A stretch of 64,000 nucleotides of DNA from Gammaproteobacteria bacterium. GTDB lineage: Bacteria > Pseudomonadota > Gammaproteobacteria > UBA4575. Positions 23,892 through 34,170 of this stretch are shown piece by piece. The notes beneath the pieces are model-generated. The model made no database searches and had not been told where the DNA came from. It saw nothing but the letters and a program-made list of their open reading frames with translations. Position 1 is the first letter of the stretch; each line of letters starts with the position of its first letter. The stretch covers positions 5,863-69,862 of the forward strand of contig JAQWYM010000077.1 of the NCBI GenBank assembly GCA_029253965.1. The letters are read 5' to 3'. The position numbers and the translations under genes are program-made.

Positions 23892-24619
23892 TTGATTGCC
23901 AATATTGAAACAAAGCTTAAGCATTGGAACCAAACCTGCACCTGACGGAAACCAGCCTGATGCAGACGTTCTTTGTGTGTAGCCAAAGATTCCCGTAGTA
24001 AGACATTTTCTAAGGCCTTACGTTTTTGGCTGATTTCTAACTCGCTATATAGATTGGCGCGTTTAAAGTTCTCATGCAGCTCGCGGAATAATTGATCATC
24101 AACTTCTTTTTCTAGTTCAATTTTCTCGGTGAGGATACAGGCACCGCCACTATTGAGGCCTTGGTAGAGCTGTTTGATAATGGTATCTCGTTCTGTAATC
24201 GGGATGAACTGTAAGGTCAAATTGAGGATGATGACTGCGGCATCTTCAATCGAGATATCTTGTAACTTAGCTGTTCTAGTCTCTATCCATTGCTCTGCAC
24301 CTGCAGCATCAATACGCTCTCTACAGGCAGCAATCATCGCTGCAGCACTGTCCACAGCAATAATGTTTCTTTTACCCTCTTTTAAAGACCTGAAAATGGC
24401 TAGGGAGGCTGCGCCATGAGAGCAGCCGAGATCATAAGCTTTGCCGCCTGCCTTAAGGTAATGAGCTGCAATCGGGCCGATATTGGCAATCAAGGTGCGA
24501 TAGCCCGGGACTGAGCGTTCAACCATGTCATCAAAGGCAGCGCTGACAGTCTGATCAAAGCAGAAGTCTTCTATAGTTTCTACAGGATGTTGGTAAATTT
24601 TATCTTTTGGCATTTTCAA
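23888..24619 (-). CDS. cmoA: carboxy-S-adenosyl-L-methionine synthase
   Basis: CmoA family, 243 aa, class I MTase fold (DLGCSHGA). Confidence 0.88.
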   Translation of the reverse strand: MKMPKDKIYQHPVETIEDFCFDQTVSAAFDDMVERSVPGYRTLIANIGPIAAHYLKAGGKAYDLGCSHGAASLAIFRSLKEGKRNIIAVDSAAAMIAACRERIDAAGAEQWIETRTAKLQDISIEDAAVIILNLTLQFIPITERDTIIKQLYQGLNSGGACILTEKIELEKEVDDQLFRELHENFKRANLYSELEISQKRKALENVLLRESLATHKERLHQAGFRQVQVWFQCLSFVSILAIK

Positions 24620-24721
24620 ACAGCAACTAATAAGGAGTTGCGCTAGTCATTGAATAGTGACGTAAGTATAGCCTTGTTTGCAGCACTCTGCTGCAAACTG
24701 AGTGCTGCTGCAGAGCAGCAC

Positions 24722-24772
24722 TATTTGAGCAAGATTATATGATGATAGTGTCAAGCTATTATCATCGACAAG
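24722..24772. repeat. left copy of an imperfect ~51-bp direct repeat
   Basis: cactatttgagcaagattatatgatgatagtgtcaagctattatcatcgac; 42 of 51 positions identical to the right copy by hand alignment. Confidence 0.6.
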
Positions 24773-25041
24773 CCAATTTAAGTTTTCTGGCTAGCATCAA
24801 TATCCATCATTTTAAGTAATTGGATACTTGTGCGTTTTCGTAAAAAAATCAAGAGGTCGGCTTCTATTGACGTGAACGAATGATGACGGATTGCTTTAAT
24901 AAAAAAGGCGAGATTAAACTAAATGTATGAATTGATTGTCTCAATGATTGAGTAAATGTCTATGGAAAGGATCCTGTCACTGGAGTAAGCGCTATAAGTG
25001 TAGGAGATGTTGTTGTTGATTATGGGGTTTTATCAGTAGGT

Positions 25042-25401
25042 ATGGATGCTAAAACTATCATATATCGATATTCAAATTATGAGGCTTCTGCAACTCATCC
25101 TAAGCCATCAGACTCAGTTGCCTCTGATGAAGAGGAAGTGCTTTATGCGATCGAATCTAATTTAGACATGAAAGCATTGGATATAGCAGGCTTTAAAAGT
25201 GATGCCGGATCCGATTTTCTTAGTTCGGGGGAATTCTTAGTACAACCTGGGCAACGATTTCGTATTGCTGCTATTGGCTCAAAGTCTACTGGAGAGTTCA
25301 GGCGCGCAGTGGTTCTTGAACCAGTTGTCGACTCCCCTGTGGGTGTGGTGTCCTTCAGAGACATGTTTAATGGTGCAGGGGTTGGGTTGAATGAAATATA
25401 G
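25042..25401 (+). CDS. hypothetical protein (119 aa) inside an AT-rich insert
   Basis: ORF only, weak RBS, no family recognised. Confidence 0.3.
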   Translation: MDAKTIIYRYSNYEASATHPKPSDSVASDEEEVLYAIESNLDMKALDIAGFKSDAGSDFLSSGEFLVQPGQRFRIAAIGSKSTGEFRRAVVLEPVVDSPVGVVSFRDMFNGAGVGLNEI

Positions 25402-25931
25402 CTATATATTTACGCGAAAAATACGCTAATCACTCAAAGTAAGGCATGCTCAACCAACAGCAGTTTTTCACGAGGCTAAATTTTTTTATGTTAGATAAAA
25501 TTTTTTGACATAGACTAATACTTTAGAACAGCCGAGTTAAGAGATAATACTCAAAGCTGGAGGGAGAACTAATTTTTGTGTAACTGCGATCTTAATTTAC
25601 TCTCTTGAAAATTCTAAGGGTAAGCACCCGCAAGTGAAGAAGGAGGGACTCGAAGCTTTCGCTAAGGAAGCGGCTAAAAGTATTAAAATACCAGCATTGT
25701 AATTTCCCCATTATTAACCTTAGTTAGCAATAGAGGTTTTTCTCGGTTATAGCAGTCGTCGAGGAGACCCCCGCCAATCACTGAGTCAGAACCAATATTA
25801 CTATAGGTCTTCTGTATGATTAATCTCTTCACACCACAGCTAAAAGAAACTGTGACAGTCATTTCATAGTGCGCTATATAGCCTTATTGACTACAGCCAG
25901 CTGGCTAGCAAGTGCCGCTGAATAGCATCAC

Positions 25932-25982
25932 TATATGAGCGATATTGTATGATGACAATATCAAGCTATGATCAGCGACCCA
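25932..25982. repeat. right copy of the ~51-bp direct repeat
   Basis: cactatatgagcgatattgtatgatgacaatatcaagctatgatcagcgac; overlaps the mazG 5' leader. Confidence 0.6.
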
Positions 25983-26000
25983 CTAATGCAAGGTGCAGTA

Positions 26001-26843
26001 ATGAAGAACAAGAATACGATGGGAGACGTGCAAGCACTCTTAGTCATCATGCAGCGTCTACGTGATCCAGTGCATGGCTGCCCTTGGGATCAGCAGCAGA
26101 GCTTTGAAACGATTGCACCTTATACGGTGGAAGAAGCGCATGAGGTGGCTGATGCCATACAGCGTAATAATATGCCTGACCTACGTGATGAGCTTGGTGA
26201 TCTTTTACTGCAAGTAGTCTACCACTCGCAAATGGCTGCAGAAATCGAAGCTTTTTGTTTTGCTGATGTGGTTGCTGCTATCAGTGCCAAGATGCGGCGT
26301 CGACATCCACATGTGTTTGGCTCTGAGTCAGAGTTAGCTGCTGGCAAGCCTGACTGGGAACAGATGAAAGTAGCTGAACGTCAGTTACAAAGTGATGCGG
26401 ATAATAGTGTGGCTGATGACTCTGCGTTGGCCGCTATTAGTATCGGGCAGGGGCCTTGGTTGGTCGCGCATAAGCTGCAAAAAAAGGCATCCAAGGTTAG
26501 CTTTGATTGGCCAGATGCTAAAGGTGTTCTGTTGAAAGTACATGAGGAGCTGGCTGAGATTGAAGAAGCAATGCTAGCATTTGAAGAGGCACCTAATGCT
26601 GACTCAGAAGCAGCGATTGAAGATGAATTGGGTGATGTGCTTTTCAGTATTATCAATCTTGCACGTCATCTAAAATTAGACAGTGGTAATGCCCTGCAAA
26701 AAGCGAATCGTAAGTTTGAAACACGCTTTCGCTTTATGGAGAAAGAGATTAAGGCGCAGGCACTAGAAATATCTGCGTTATCAGTTGAGCAGTTGGAACA
26801 ACGTTGGCAAGAGGCTAAACGCGAGACACAAAAATCTAGCTAA
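26001..26843 (+). CDS. mazG: nucleoside triphosphate pyrophosphohydrolase MazG
   Basis: Tandem MazG domains (EEAHEVADAI and EELAEIEEA motifs). Start taken at MKNKNT with an AAGG RBS; the longer ORF-track start overlaps the repeat. Confidence 0.88.
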   Translation: MKNKNTMGDVQALLVIMQRLRDPVHGCPWDQQQSFETIAPYTVEEAHEVADAIQRNNMPDLRDELGDLLLQVVYHSQMAAEIEAFCFADVVAAISAKMRRRHPHVFGSESELAAGKPDWEQMKVAERQLQSDADNSVADDSALAAISIGQGPWLVAHKLQKKASKVSFDWPDAKGVLLKVHEELAEIEEAMLAFEEAPNADSEAAIEDELGDVLFSIINLARHLKLDSGNALQKANRKFETRFRFMEKEIKAQALEISALSVEQLEQRWQEAKRETQKSS

Positions 26844-26851
26844 TGTCTGGT

Positions 26852-27694
26852 TTACGGCTGCTGGAAGCGCATAGAGTAATCAATGGCACGGATGTGTTTA
26901 GTCAGTGCCCCTGAGGAAATGTAATCGACTTGTAAAGCAGATAAGCATGCGATCTGCTTGGCATCAATATTTCCTGAGACTTCTAATTCAATGTCACCAT
27001 TAGCCAGAGCAACCGCTTCTTCTACTTCGGCATAACCGAAGTTATCCAATAGAGCGCGATGTGCGCCTGCACTTATCGCTTGTCGTAACTCATCAATAGT
27101 TTCAACCTCGACCTCAATACTACGCTCACTGTGCAAAGATTGTGCTTGTGATACCGCCTTAGCAATCGAGCCAGAGGCGGCAATATGGTTCTCTTTAATT
27201 AGGTAGGCATCGTATAAGCCAATGCGGTGATTCATGCCGCCACCACAGAGTACAGCGTACTTTTGTGCACGACGTAATCCAGGAATAGTCTTACGTGTGT
27301 CTAAGAGTTTAGTACGACTATGGGGCGCAATTTGTTGTGAAAATTCAGCGGTGACGGTTGCTGTTGCTGAAAGTGTCTGGAGGAAATTCAATGCCGTTCG
27401 CTCCGCGCTGAGTAGGGCGCGAGCAGGGCCGGATAAGTGGCAGACGACATCATCGGCTAGCAGTTGATCACCATCATTTTTATACCAGTCAATAACAATA
27501 TTTTTATCGAGTTGCTGAAAGCTCTCTATAAACCAAGCCTGGCCACAGAGTATGGCTGTCTCACGGCTAATAATTGTCGCTTCAATCCATTTATCTGAGC
27601 ATAGAGCAGCGCTAATATCACCACTGCCTATATCTTCAGCTAAGGCTTGCGTCACTGCCCGTGCAATTTCTATCTGGTCGATAACCTTAGACAT
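26852..27694 (-). CDS. nadC: nicotinate-nucleotide diphosphorylase (carboxylating)
   Basis: QPRTase family, 280 aa. Confidence 0.9.
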   Translation of the reverse strand: MSKVIDQIEIARAVTQALAEDIGSGDISAALCSDKWIEATIISRETAILCGQAWFIESFQQLDKNIVIDWYKNDGDQLLADDVVCHLSGPARALLSAERTALNFLQTLSATATVTAEFSQQIAPHSRTKLLDTRKTIPGLRRAQKYAVLCGGGMNHRIGLYDAYLIKENHIAASGSIAKAVSQAQSLHSERSIEVEVETIDELRQAISAGAHRALLDNFGYAEVEEAVALANGDIELEVSGNIDAKQIACLSALQVDYISSGALTKHIRAIDYSMRFQQP

Positions 27695-27702
27695 AGCTCT
27701 AG

Positions 27703-29046
27703 TTAATTTTTCCTGTTAGCCGCTAAATAGTCCTTAGTGACCGCAAAAATAACGGGGCTAAGTAAGGCTAAAGCAATCAAGTTAGGGAGTGCCATAAAGC
27801 CATTCATAACATCCGCTAAAATCCATATTAGGTTGACCTTGAGGAAGGCGCCGATAAAAATAGCAAAGATCCAAGCTATGCGATAAGGCAGAATAATACG
27901 TTCACCAAACAGATAACTGGCGCAACGTTCACCATAGTAACTCCAGCCTAATATGGTAGTAAAAGCAAAGATAACAAGACCAAAGGTGATGATGTACTCA
28001 CCGAAAGGCAGAAGACTGCCGTAGGCCAAACTGGATAAACTGGCACCAGTCTCACCACTGGTCCAGACACCACTAATGATAATCACTAAGGCGGTCATGG
28101 TGCAGATAACTAAAGTATCGATAAAGGTACCGAGCATAGCGATCAAGCCCTGACGTACGGGACTGTTTGTCTGTGCTGCTGCATGCGCGATCGGTGCGCT
28201 ACCGAGGCCAGCCTCATTCGAGAAGATGCCACGGGCTACACCCATTTGAATGCCCATCATCACCGCAGCTCCAGCAAAGCCACCAGCGGCAGCGCTGCCG
28301 TTGAAGGCGCTATCTACAATCATCATTAGAGCGGCAGGCACTGCTGAGAAATTTGAGATAATAATCAGCAACGAGCCAATGATATAAATTAGTGCCATCA
28401 ACGGCACTAATTTACCAGCGACGATGCCGAGTCGTTTAATACCACCTAATATAACCAATGCAGCGAGGATGGCGATGACAGCGCCTGTCAGATGATGGCT
28501 GACCTGAAAATTAGTGTACATCGCAGCAGCGACAGAATTGGACTGCACCATGTTGCCAATACCAAAGGCGGCAATTGTGCCAAACAAAGCAAAGAGGAAG
28601 GCTAACCAGCCCCAACCGGCGCCAAGTCCATTTTTGATGTAATACATAGGGCCACCAACATATTGGCCGTTGGCATTTGTCTCACGGTATTTAACAGCGA
28701 GTAAGGCTTCAGAATACTTAGTTGCCATACCGACTAGAGCAGTAATCCACATCCAAAAGATAGCGCCGGGCCCACCAATGAAGATAGCGGTAGCGACACC
28801 GGCGATATTCCCGGTGCCGACGGTGGCTGACATAGCGGTCATCAAGGCATTAAAAGGAGAGATTTCACCGTCACCACTGGCTTTGCGGCCAGACAGGAGT
28901 TGACGGAAGGCATAGGGGATTTTACGCCAAGGGATAAGCTTTAGGCCGAGCGATAGATAGGTGCCAACACCGAGTAATAGAACTAGAGTAAAAGGCCCCC
29001 AAATAAAAGAACTCAGGGTGTTGAGTAGTGCGATGAATGATTCCAT
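27703..29046 (-). CDS. sodium:alanine (AGCS family) symporter
   Basis: AGCS signature SATVGTGNIAGVATAI. Polytopic, 447 aa. Confidence 0.85.
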   Translation of the reverse strand: MESFIALLNTLSSFIWGPFTLVLLLGVGTYLSLGLKLIPWRKIPYAFRQLLSGRKASGDGEISPFNALMTAMSATVGTGNIAGVATAIFIGGPGAIFWMWITALVGMATKYSEALLAVKYRETNANGQYVGGPMYYIKNGLGAGWGWLAFLFALFGTIAAFGIGNMVQSNSVAAAMYTNFQVSHHLTGAVIAILAALVILGGIKRLGIVAGKLVPLMALIYIIGSLLIIISNFSAVPAALMMIVDSAFNGSAAAGGFAGAAVMMGIQMGVARGIFSNEAGLGSAPIAHAAAQTNSPVRQGLIAMLGTFIDTLVICTMTALVIIISGVWTSGETGASLSSLAYGSLLPFGEYIITFGLVIFAFTTILGWSYYGERCASYLFGERIILPYRIAWIFAIFIGAFLKVNLIWILADVMNGFMALPNLIALALLSPVIFAVTKDYLAANRKN

Positions 29047-29198
29047 TACTATCTCCAGTTGTCTTCCCTAAAAAAGCGAGTTTTTCTTACTTCCAAGTGC
29101 AGCATGACCGAGTCAGCTATACAAAATCAAGCGCCAGAGCTCTCTTTTCTACAGCTGACAACTAATAATTTTCTAGGGTATAGCTCAGTCCTGAACGG

Positions 29199-30104
29199 TT
29201 ATTTTGCTAATAAAAGGAATTCGATCAAGGCTTTTTGGGCATGTAGACGATTACCGGCCTCATCCCAGACAACACTTTGTGGCCCCTCTAATACTTCTGT
29301 ACTGACTTCTTCATCGCGGTGTGCAGGCAGGCAGTGCATAAACAAAGCATCACGATGCGCTTGCTGCATGAGTCGGCTGTTAACTTGGAATTTACTAAAG
29401 GCTTTTTCGCGTAATTTCTGCTCTTCTTCCTGTCCCATGCTTGCCCAGACATCGGTGACAATAAGATCTGCATTACGTGCAGCCTCTTCGGCATCATGGA
29501 AGATTTCGACCTGTGTTCCAGCTGAGGCAACAATGGCACTATCCGGTGAGTAGCCTTCAGGGCAACCAATGTTAAGTTTAAATCCAAGCTGTTTCGCAGC
29601 ATTGATATAAGAGTGACACATATTATTACCGTCACCGATCCACGTGACAGTGGCACCGGCAATAGCACCGCGGTACTGATACCAGGTTTGCATATCAGCT
29701 AATAATTGGCAGGGATGATAGAGGTCGGTTAAACCATTAATCACCGGGATGTCTGAGTTGGCCGCATAGCGTTCTACGGTGGCATGCTCAAAGGTACGAA
29801 TCATAACAATATCAACCATACGTGAGAGCACTCTCGCGGTATCTTCTACCGGTTCACCACGACCTAACTGAGTATCCTTAGACGAGAGGAACAGGGCATG
29901 GCCACCAAACTGAGCCATACCGGTCTCGAAAGAGACGCGAGTACGTGTTGATGACTTGTCAAATAACATGGCCAGTGTCTTGTTGGTGAAAGGGGCGAAA
30001 AGCTCTCCTTTCAGCTGCAGTGCTTTTAGTTCACAGGCGCGTTCAATGACACCCTGTAATTCAACGGGATTCAAATCGAGTAAGGTAAGAAAATGTCTGG
30101 CCAT
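29199..30104 (-). CDS. argF: ornithine carbamoyltransferase
   Basis: STRTR carbamoyl-phosphate motif, HCLP motif. 301 aa. Confidence 0.92.
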   Translation of the reverse strand: MARHFLTLLDLNPVELQGVIERACELKALQLKGELFAPFTNKTLAMLFDKSSTRTRVSFETGMAQFGGHALFLSSKDTQLGRGEPVEDTARVLSRMVDIVMIRTFEHATVERYAANSDIPVINGLTDLYHPCQLLADMQTWYQYRGAIAGATVTWIGDGNNMCHSYINAAKQLGFKLNIGCPEGYSPDSAIVASAGTQVEIFHDAEEAARNADLIVTDVWASMGQEEEQKLREKAFSKFQVNSRLMQQAHRDALFMHCLPAHRDEEVSTEVLEGPQSVVWDEAGNRLHAQKALIEFLLLAK

Positions 30105-30106
30105 AA

Positions 30107-31288
30107 TTAGTTAGAGTGACGTTCAGTGAAGATCTCGACACAGCGAGCAACACCTTCGGCAATCAGTTCCACTTGTTGGTTGTCGATAATTAACGGCGGC
30201 AGCAGACGAATTACTTTTCCTGCAGTCACGTTGATTAAGAGTTTTTGTTCCAAAGCGATGTCTACAATTTCAGTGCAGGGTTGGCTTAGCTCTATGCCAA
30301 TCATCATTCCCTGTCCTCGAATATCATCGCATAGCGGATGCTGACTTAAGCGTGTCCTTAAGGCCTCAAGTAAGCGCTCTGATGTTTCTGCAACATGTTC
30401 AAGTAGCTGCTGCGATTCAATGGTCTCGAGTACCGCTAGGGCGGCAGCGCAGGCTAAAGGGTTACCACCAAAGGTACTGCCATGATTACCGGGTTTGAAT
30501 AATTCATTAGCCTTAGAGCGGGTTAGGCAGGCGCCAATAGGCATCCCATTACCGAGTCCTTTAGCCGTGGTCATGACATCCGGTAAGATATTGGCATGCT
30601 GGTAGCCATACCATGCACCTGTGCGGCCATTACCAGTTTGTACTTCATCAATCATCAGTAATAAATCATTGTCATCACAGATGGCGCGCAGCTCCGGTAG
30701 AAACGCTGCTGACGGAATATGGATGCCACCCTCACCTTGAATCGGTTCGACTAAAATAGCGCTTAATTGTTTGTGCTGTGCACAGAGCTGACGTATCGCG
30801 CCAATATTATCGTAGTGTGCACGCACAAATCCTGGAACCAAGGGTTCAAAGCCAGCATGTGCCGCGCGATTACCTGTCGCTGTCAGAGTGGCCATGGTGC
30901 GCCCATGAAAGCTGTTTTCAAAGACCAGAGTATGCGGTTGCTGAATGCCCTTTTTATGGCCATACATTCGCGCTAGTTTAATAGCAGTTTCATTCGCTTC
31001 AGCACCTGAGTTACAGAAAAATACTTTTTCCATACCACTGATCGCGCAGAGGCGCGTGCCAAGCTCTTCTTGTTTTTGAATGCGGTAAAGATTCGAGGTG
31101 TGTAGCAGCGTTTGTGCTTGCGCACTGAGGGCAGCAGCTACTGCTGGGTGGGCATGCCCTAAACCACAGACGGCAATGCCTGAGAGTGCATCTAGATAGC
31201 GTTCACCCTGTTCATCCCACAGCCAAGCCCCTTCACCGTGTGTGAAACTAACCGCTTTGCGTGCATATGTAGGGAGTAAGGCGTCCAC
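30107..31288 (-). CDS. argD: acetylornithine/succinylornithine aminotransferase
   Basis: Class III PLP aminotransferase. Adjacent to and co-directional with argF. Confidence 0.88.
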   Translation of the reverse strand: MDALLPTYARKAVSFTHGEGAWLWDEQGERYLDALSGIAVCGLGHAHPAVAAALSAQAQTLLHTSNLYRIQKQEELGTRLCAISGMEKVFFCNSGAEANETAIKLARMYGHKKGIQQPHTLVFENSFHGRTMATLTATGNRAAHAGFEPLVPGFVRAHYDNIGAIRQLCAQHKQLSAILVEPIQGEGGIHIPSAAFLPELRAICDDNDLLLMIDEVQTGNGRTGAWYGYQHANILPDVMTTAKGLGNGMPIGACLTRSKANELFKPGNHGSTFGGNPLACAAALAVLETIESQQLLEHVAETSERLLEALRTRLSQHPLCDDIRGQGMMIGIELSQPCTEIVDIALEQKLLINVTAGKVIRLLPPLIIDNQQVELIAEGVARCVEIFTERHSN

Positions 31289-31318
31289 ATCTTTCCTGAT
31301 AATTGTTAGGTTATAACC

Positions 31319-31346
31319 AAAAACGGCAGCGGAAAGCCGCTGCCGT
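31319..31346 (-). terminator. Rho-independent terminator after the 165-aa membrane protein gene
   Basis: 10-bp stem acggcagcgg/ccgctgccgt followed by a T-run on the minus strand. Confidence 0.75.
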
Positions 31347-31417
31347 TTAATGATTATGCTATTAAATTACTTAATATTCTAGCATTTGGGCCGCGAACGG
31401 CCCGTGGAAGCCTTTTC

Positions 31418-31915
31418 TTAGAAGACTAAACCGTGGCCATGACCGACCATGCACATGAGCATAGGGATAGAAAGTACAGTGTTGGTGCGAGAAGCAAGGA
31501 AGGCAACGCGTTTGGCAGTCGCTTTCTCAGCGTCAGTAGCTGGCTTAATACCCAGTATTTTCTTCTGGTTCTGCCAGATAGGGCCCCAAACGTTAAGCAA
31601 CATAATAGTGCCTAACCATGCGCCGATACCGATTACAGTAACGCCATCAGTAAAGAGCATGTTGGTGCCAATGCCACCGACGTATTCCAACGCAGCTGCA
31701 CCCGTGATCCATGTCGCTAAAGCGCTCCAACGGAACCATGCTAATGCGCGTGGTGCGATGTATTTGCCAATAGCTGCTGGGCCGGGGCCGTCAGTATCCG
31801 CGGTTGCGGCAGCAACAGCACTCACTTGTACAAAGTTGAAGTAGTAAAGTAGTCCAATCCAGATGATGCCAACAAAGACATGCAGCCAAACGGCTAGTGC
31901 AAAAGTATTTATCAT
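31418..31915 (-). CDS. integral membrane protein (4-5 TM; weak HemJ/PuuD-N-like look, unverified)
   Basis: Hydrophobic 165-aa ORF. AVWLHVFVGIIWIGLLYY first helix with a His. Confidence 0.55.
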   Translation of the reverse strand: MINTFALAVWLHVFVGIIWIGLLYYFNFVQVSAVAAATADTDGPGPAAIGKYIAPRALAWFRWSALATWITGAAALEYVGGIGTNMLFTDGVTVIGIGAWLGTIMLLNVWGPIWQNQKKILGIKPATDAEKATAKRVAFLASRTNTVLSIPMLMCMVGHGHGLVF

Positions 31916-31977
31916 TATTATTATAGCTCCTGTAATTTTGATTATTAGTGTTATGCGATATACGCTAGCGAGGTGCC

Positions 31978-32055
31978 TAGACCAGAATTATAATAATGAT
32001 GGATAGGACGATGCCGGTAATGAGTGTTCCTAGTACGGAGTTCAATGGGTTCATG
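31978..32055 (-). CDS. possible 25-aa hydrophobic peptide (MNPLNSVLGTLITGIVLSIIIIILV) just upstream of the membrane-protein gene
   Basis: GAGGT 5 nt before the ATG. Single TM. Below the ORF-track cut-off. Confidence 0.3.
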
Positions 32056-32255
32056 TTTTACCTCGGGTGGTGCAGTTTATTGTTTTGTTGTTACGGACGC
32101 ACACAAAGCACATCCGATTAGCCCAAGACCATAGAAGGTTTTTGCTGGAAAAACAATAACAGGGCGGGATCGGTACAGTCGATTATCCAATCTATTTTGG
32201 TGTATATGCTGACTTCAGTTTAGTTCTTTTAAAGTAAGGATAATATTTAGAGTCT

Positions 32256-34028
32256 ATGTGTGGAATTGCTGGTGAGCTGCGTTTTGATTCAACGGCAGTC
32301 GATAAAGATAAGATGAATAAGATGTTGTCACGTTTAGAACGGCGTGGCCCCGATTCAGCAGGTATCTATGTGCGTGAGAATGTCGGCCTAGTGCATCGAC
32401 GTTTAGCCGTAATTGATCTATCAAGCGGCAGTGCTCAGCCTTTATTTAATGCTGACTCAACACTCGCGATCATCTTTAATGGCACGATCTATAATTATCC
32501 TGAGCTGCGTCGTGAAATGCAGGCACTGGGTGTGCATTTTCAAAGTCAAGGCGATACCGAAGTCATACTCAAGGCCTTCGAGCTGTGGGGTGAGGCCTGT
32601 CTCGTTCGTTTGATCGGCATGTTTGCCTTTGCAATCTATGATCTTAGGAAAAAACGACTGTTTCTTGCTAGAGATCGACTGGGTATTAAGCCGTTATATT
32701 ACAGCGTTGACCAAAAACGCTTTAATTTTGCATCGAATACGCAGGCCTTGCTGTCAACAGGCGATATTGATACCACGATTGATGCTGAGGCTTTACAGCA
32801 CCAATTCACCTTGCATGCCGTAGTACCAGCTCCGCGCACGATTTTAAATGGGCTACGCAAAGTAGAGCCCGGAAGTTTTATCTGGGTTGACCAGAATGGT
32901 GTGGCTGCTGCGCAGTCTTACTGGGAGTTGTCCGCAACACGGGGTGAGCAAAGAAGCGAACAGGAATGGATTGAACAGACACGAGCCGCCTTGCAGCTCG
33001 CAGTCGATCGACGCAATGATGTTGCTGATGTGCCGGTAGGGGTGTTGCTCTCAGGGGGCTTAGATTCAAGCTTGTTGGTGGGCTTGTTGGCTCAGAACCA
33101 TAACAGTGTAAAAACCTATTCAGTTGGTTTTGAGGATCAGCCAGAAGAACGCGGTAATGAGTTTGAATATTCTGATGCCATAGTTGAGGCCTTCGCTACC
33201 GACCATCAGCGCCACTACATAGCTAACGGGCAGGTCTTAGAGCGACTACCCGAAGCGATAGCACATATGCCAGAGCCAATGGTGGCGCAGGATGCCGTGG
33301 CCTTTTATTTGTTGGCAGAACAGGTTTCTAAGGATATTAAGGTAGTGCAGTCGGGTCAGGGTGCGGACGAACTGTTTGCGGGTTATTTCTGGTATCCGCA
33401 GATGAATAAGGCTAGCGGAGAGCCATTGCGCCGATTTGCTGATCATTATTTTGATCGTGACTTTGCTGAATATAGTGAGACCGTGCACGCTCATTATGTC
33501 GATCGCGATTATACCAGTGCCCTAGTTAGAAAGGCCTTAGAAACGCAGCATGCCGATAGCTTTATGGATGCAGTACTGCGCTTTGATGTGAGCACGCTAA
33601 TTGTTGATGACCCGGTTAAACGTGTCGATAGTATGACCATGGCTTGGGGATTAGAGGCACGTGTGCCCTTTTTAGACCATGAGCTTGTTGAACTTGCGAT
33701 GCAGATGCCAATAGAACTCAAGCTGCGCGAGGGTGGAAAGTACCCACTGAAAGCGATTTCACGCGGTTTGCTCCCTGATAGCGTGATTGATCGACCAAAG
33801 GGCTATTTTCCTATGCCCGCACTTAAGTACGTTCGAGGTGAGTTTTTAAGCATGGTCAGTGACGCACTTAATTCAACCGCCTGCCGTCAGCGTGGTCTTT
33901 TTAATCGGCAGTATGTCGAACGTTTATTAGCCGCTCCTGACCAATATCACACACGCTTACAAGGCAGTAAGTTATGGCATATGGCGTTATTGGAACTTTG
34001 GTTGCAAGAGCACGTAGATTGCATCTGA
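32256..34028 (+). CDS. asparagine synthetase (glutamine-hydrolysing) family amidotransferase
   Basis: N-terminal MCGIAGE nucleophile Cys. SGGLDSS PP-loop of the AsnB family. 590 aa. Confidence 0.85.
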   Translation: MCGIAGELRFDSTAVDKDKMNKMLSRLERRGPDSAGIYVRENVGLVHRRLAVIDLSSGSAQPLFNADSTLAIIFNGTIYNYPELRREMQALGVHFQSQGDTEVILKAFELWGEACLVRLIGMFAFAIYDLRKKRLFLARDRLGIKPLYYSVDQKRFNFASNTQALLSTGDIDTTIDAEALQHQFTLHAVVPAPRTILNGLRKVEPGSFIWVDQNGVAAAQSYWELSATRGEQRSEQEWIEQTRAALQLAVDRRNDVADVPVGVLLSGGLDSSLLVGLLAQNHNSVKTYSVGFEDQPEERGNEFEYSDAIVEAFATDHQRHYIANGQVLERLPEAIAHMPEPMVAQDAVAFYLLAEQVSKDIKVVQSGQGADELFAGYFWYPQMNKASGEPLRRFADHYFDRDFAEYSETVHAHYVDRDYTSALVRKALETQHADSFMDAVLRFDVSTLIVDDPVKRVDSMTMAWGLEARVPFLDHELVELAMQMPIELKLREGGKYPLKAISRGLLPDSVIDRPKGYFPMPALKYVRGEFLSMVSDALNSTACRQRGLFNRQYVERLLAAPDQYHTRLQGSKLWHMALLELWLQEHVDCI

Positions 34029-34170
34029 TGCACTAGGTATGATGTGCGCCAGCAAAGGCTGCGATGAAAAATAAACAGCTGGCTACCTAAGCTGGCTAGT
34101 TTCTCAGCGGGGCTCTGCTGGCTACACTGCAGGCACAAATTAAAAGCGCTTTATCTTCAGGAGATTAGAG

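Noticed and set aside
29047-29198. Possible glycine or other riboswitch upstream of the alanine/sodium symporter
   Set aside because: No recognisable riboswitch consensus found by eye. The region also contains the argF 3' end.
29059-29668. 164-aa plus-strand and 126-aa minus-strand ORFs around argF
   Set aside because: They overlap the argF frame or the symporter promoter region. No RBS or family signal. argF is confidently identified.
31418-31915. Assignment of the 165-aa membrane protein to HemJ (protoporphyrinogen oxidase)
   Set aside because: Only a loose first-helix resemblance (W.H....I.W..GL.Y). The characteristic downstream motif was not seen. Left as hypothetical membrane protein.
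32256-34028. AsnB-like amidotransferase as part of an N-acetylglutaminylglutamine amide (NAGGN) osmolyte locus
   Set aside because: The MCGIAGE N-terminus resembles the NAGGN amidotransferase subgroup. However, no adjacent GNAT or peptide-synthase partner is present (next gene is grxD). Called generic asparagine synthetase instead.
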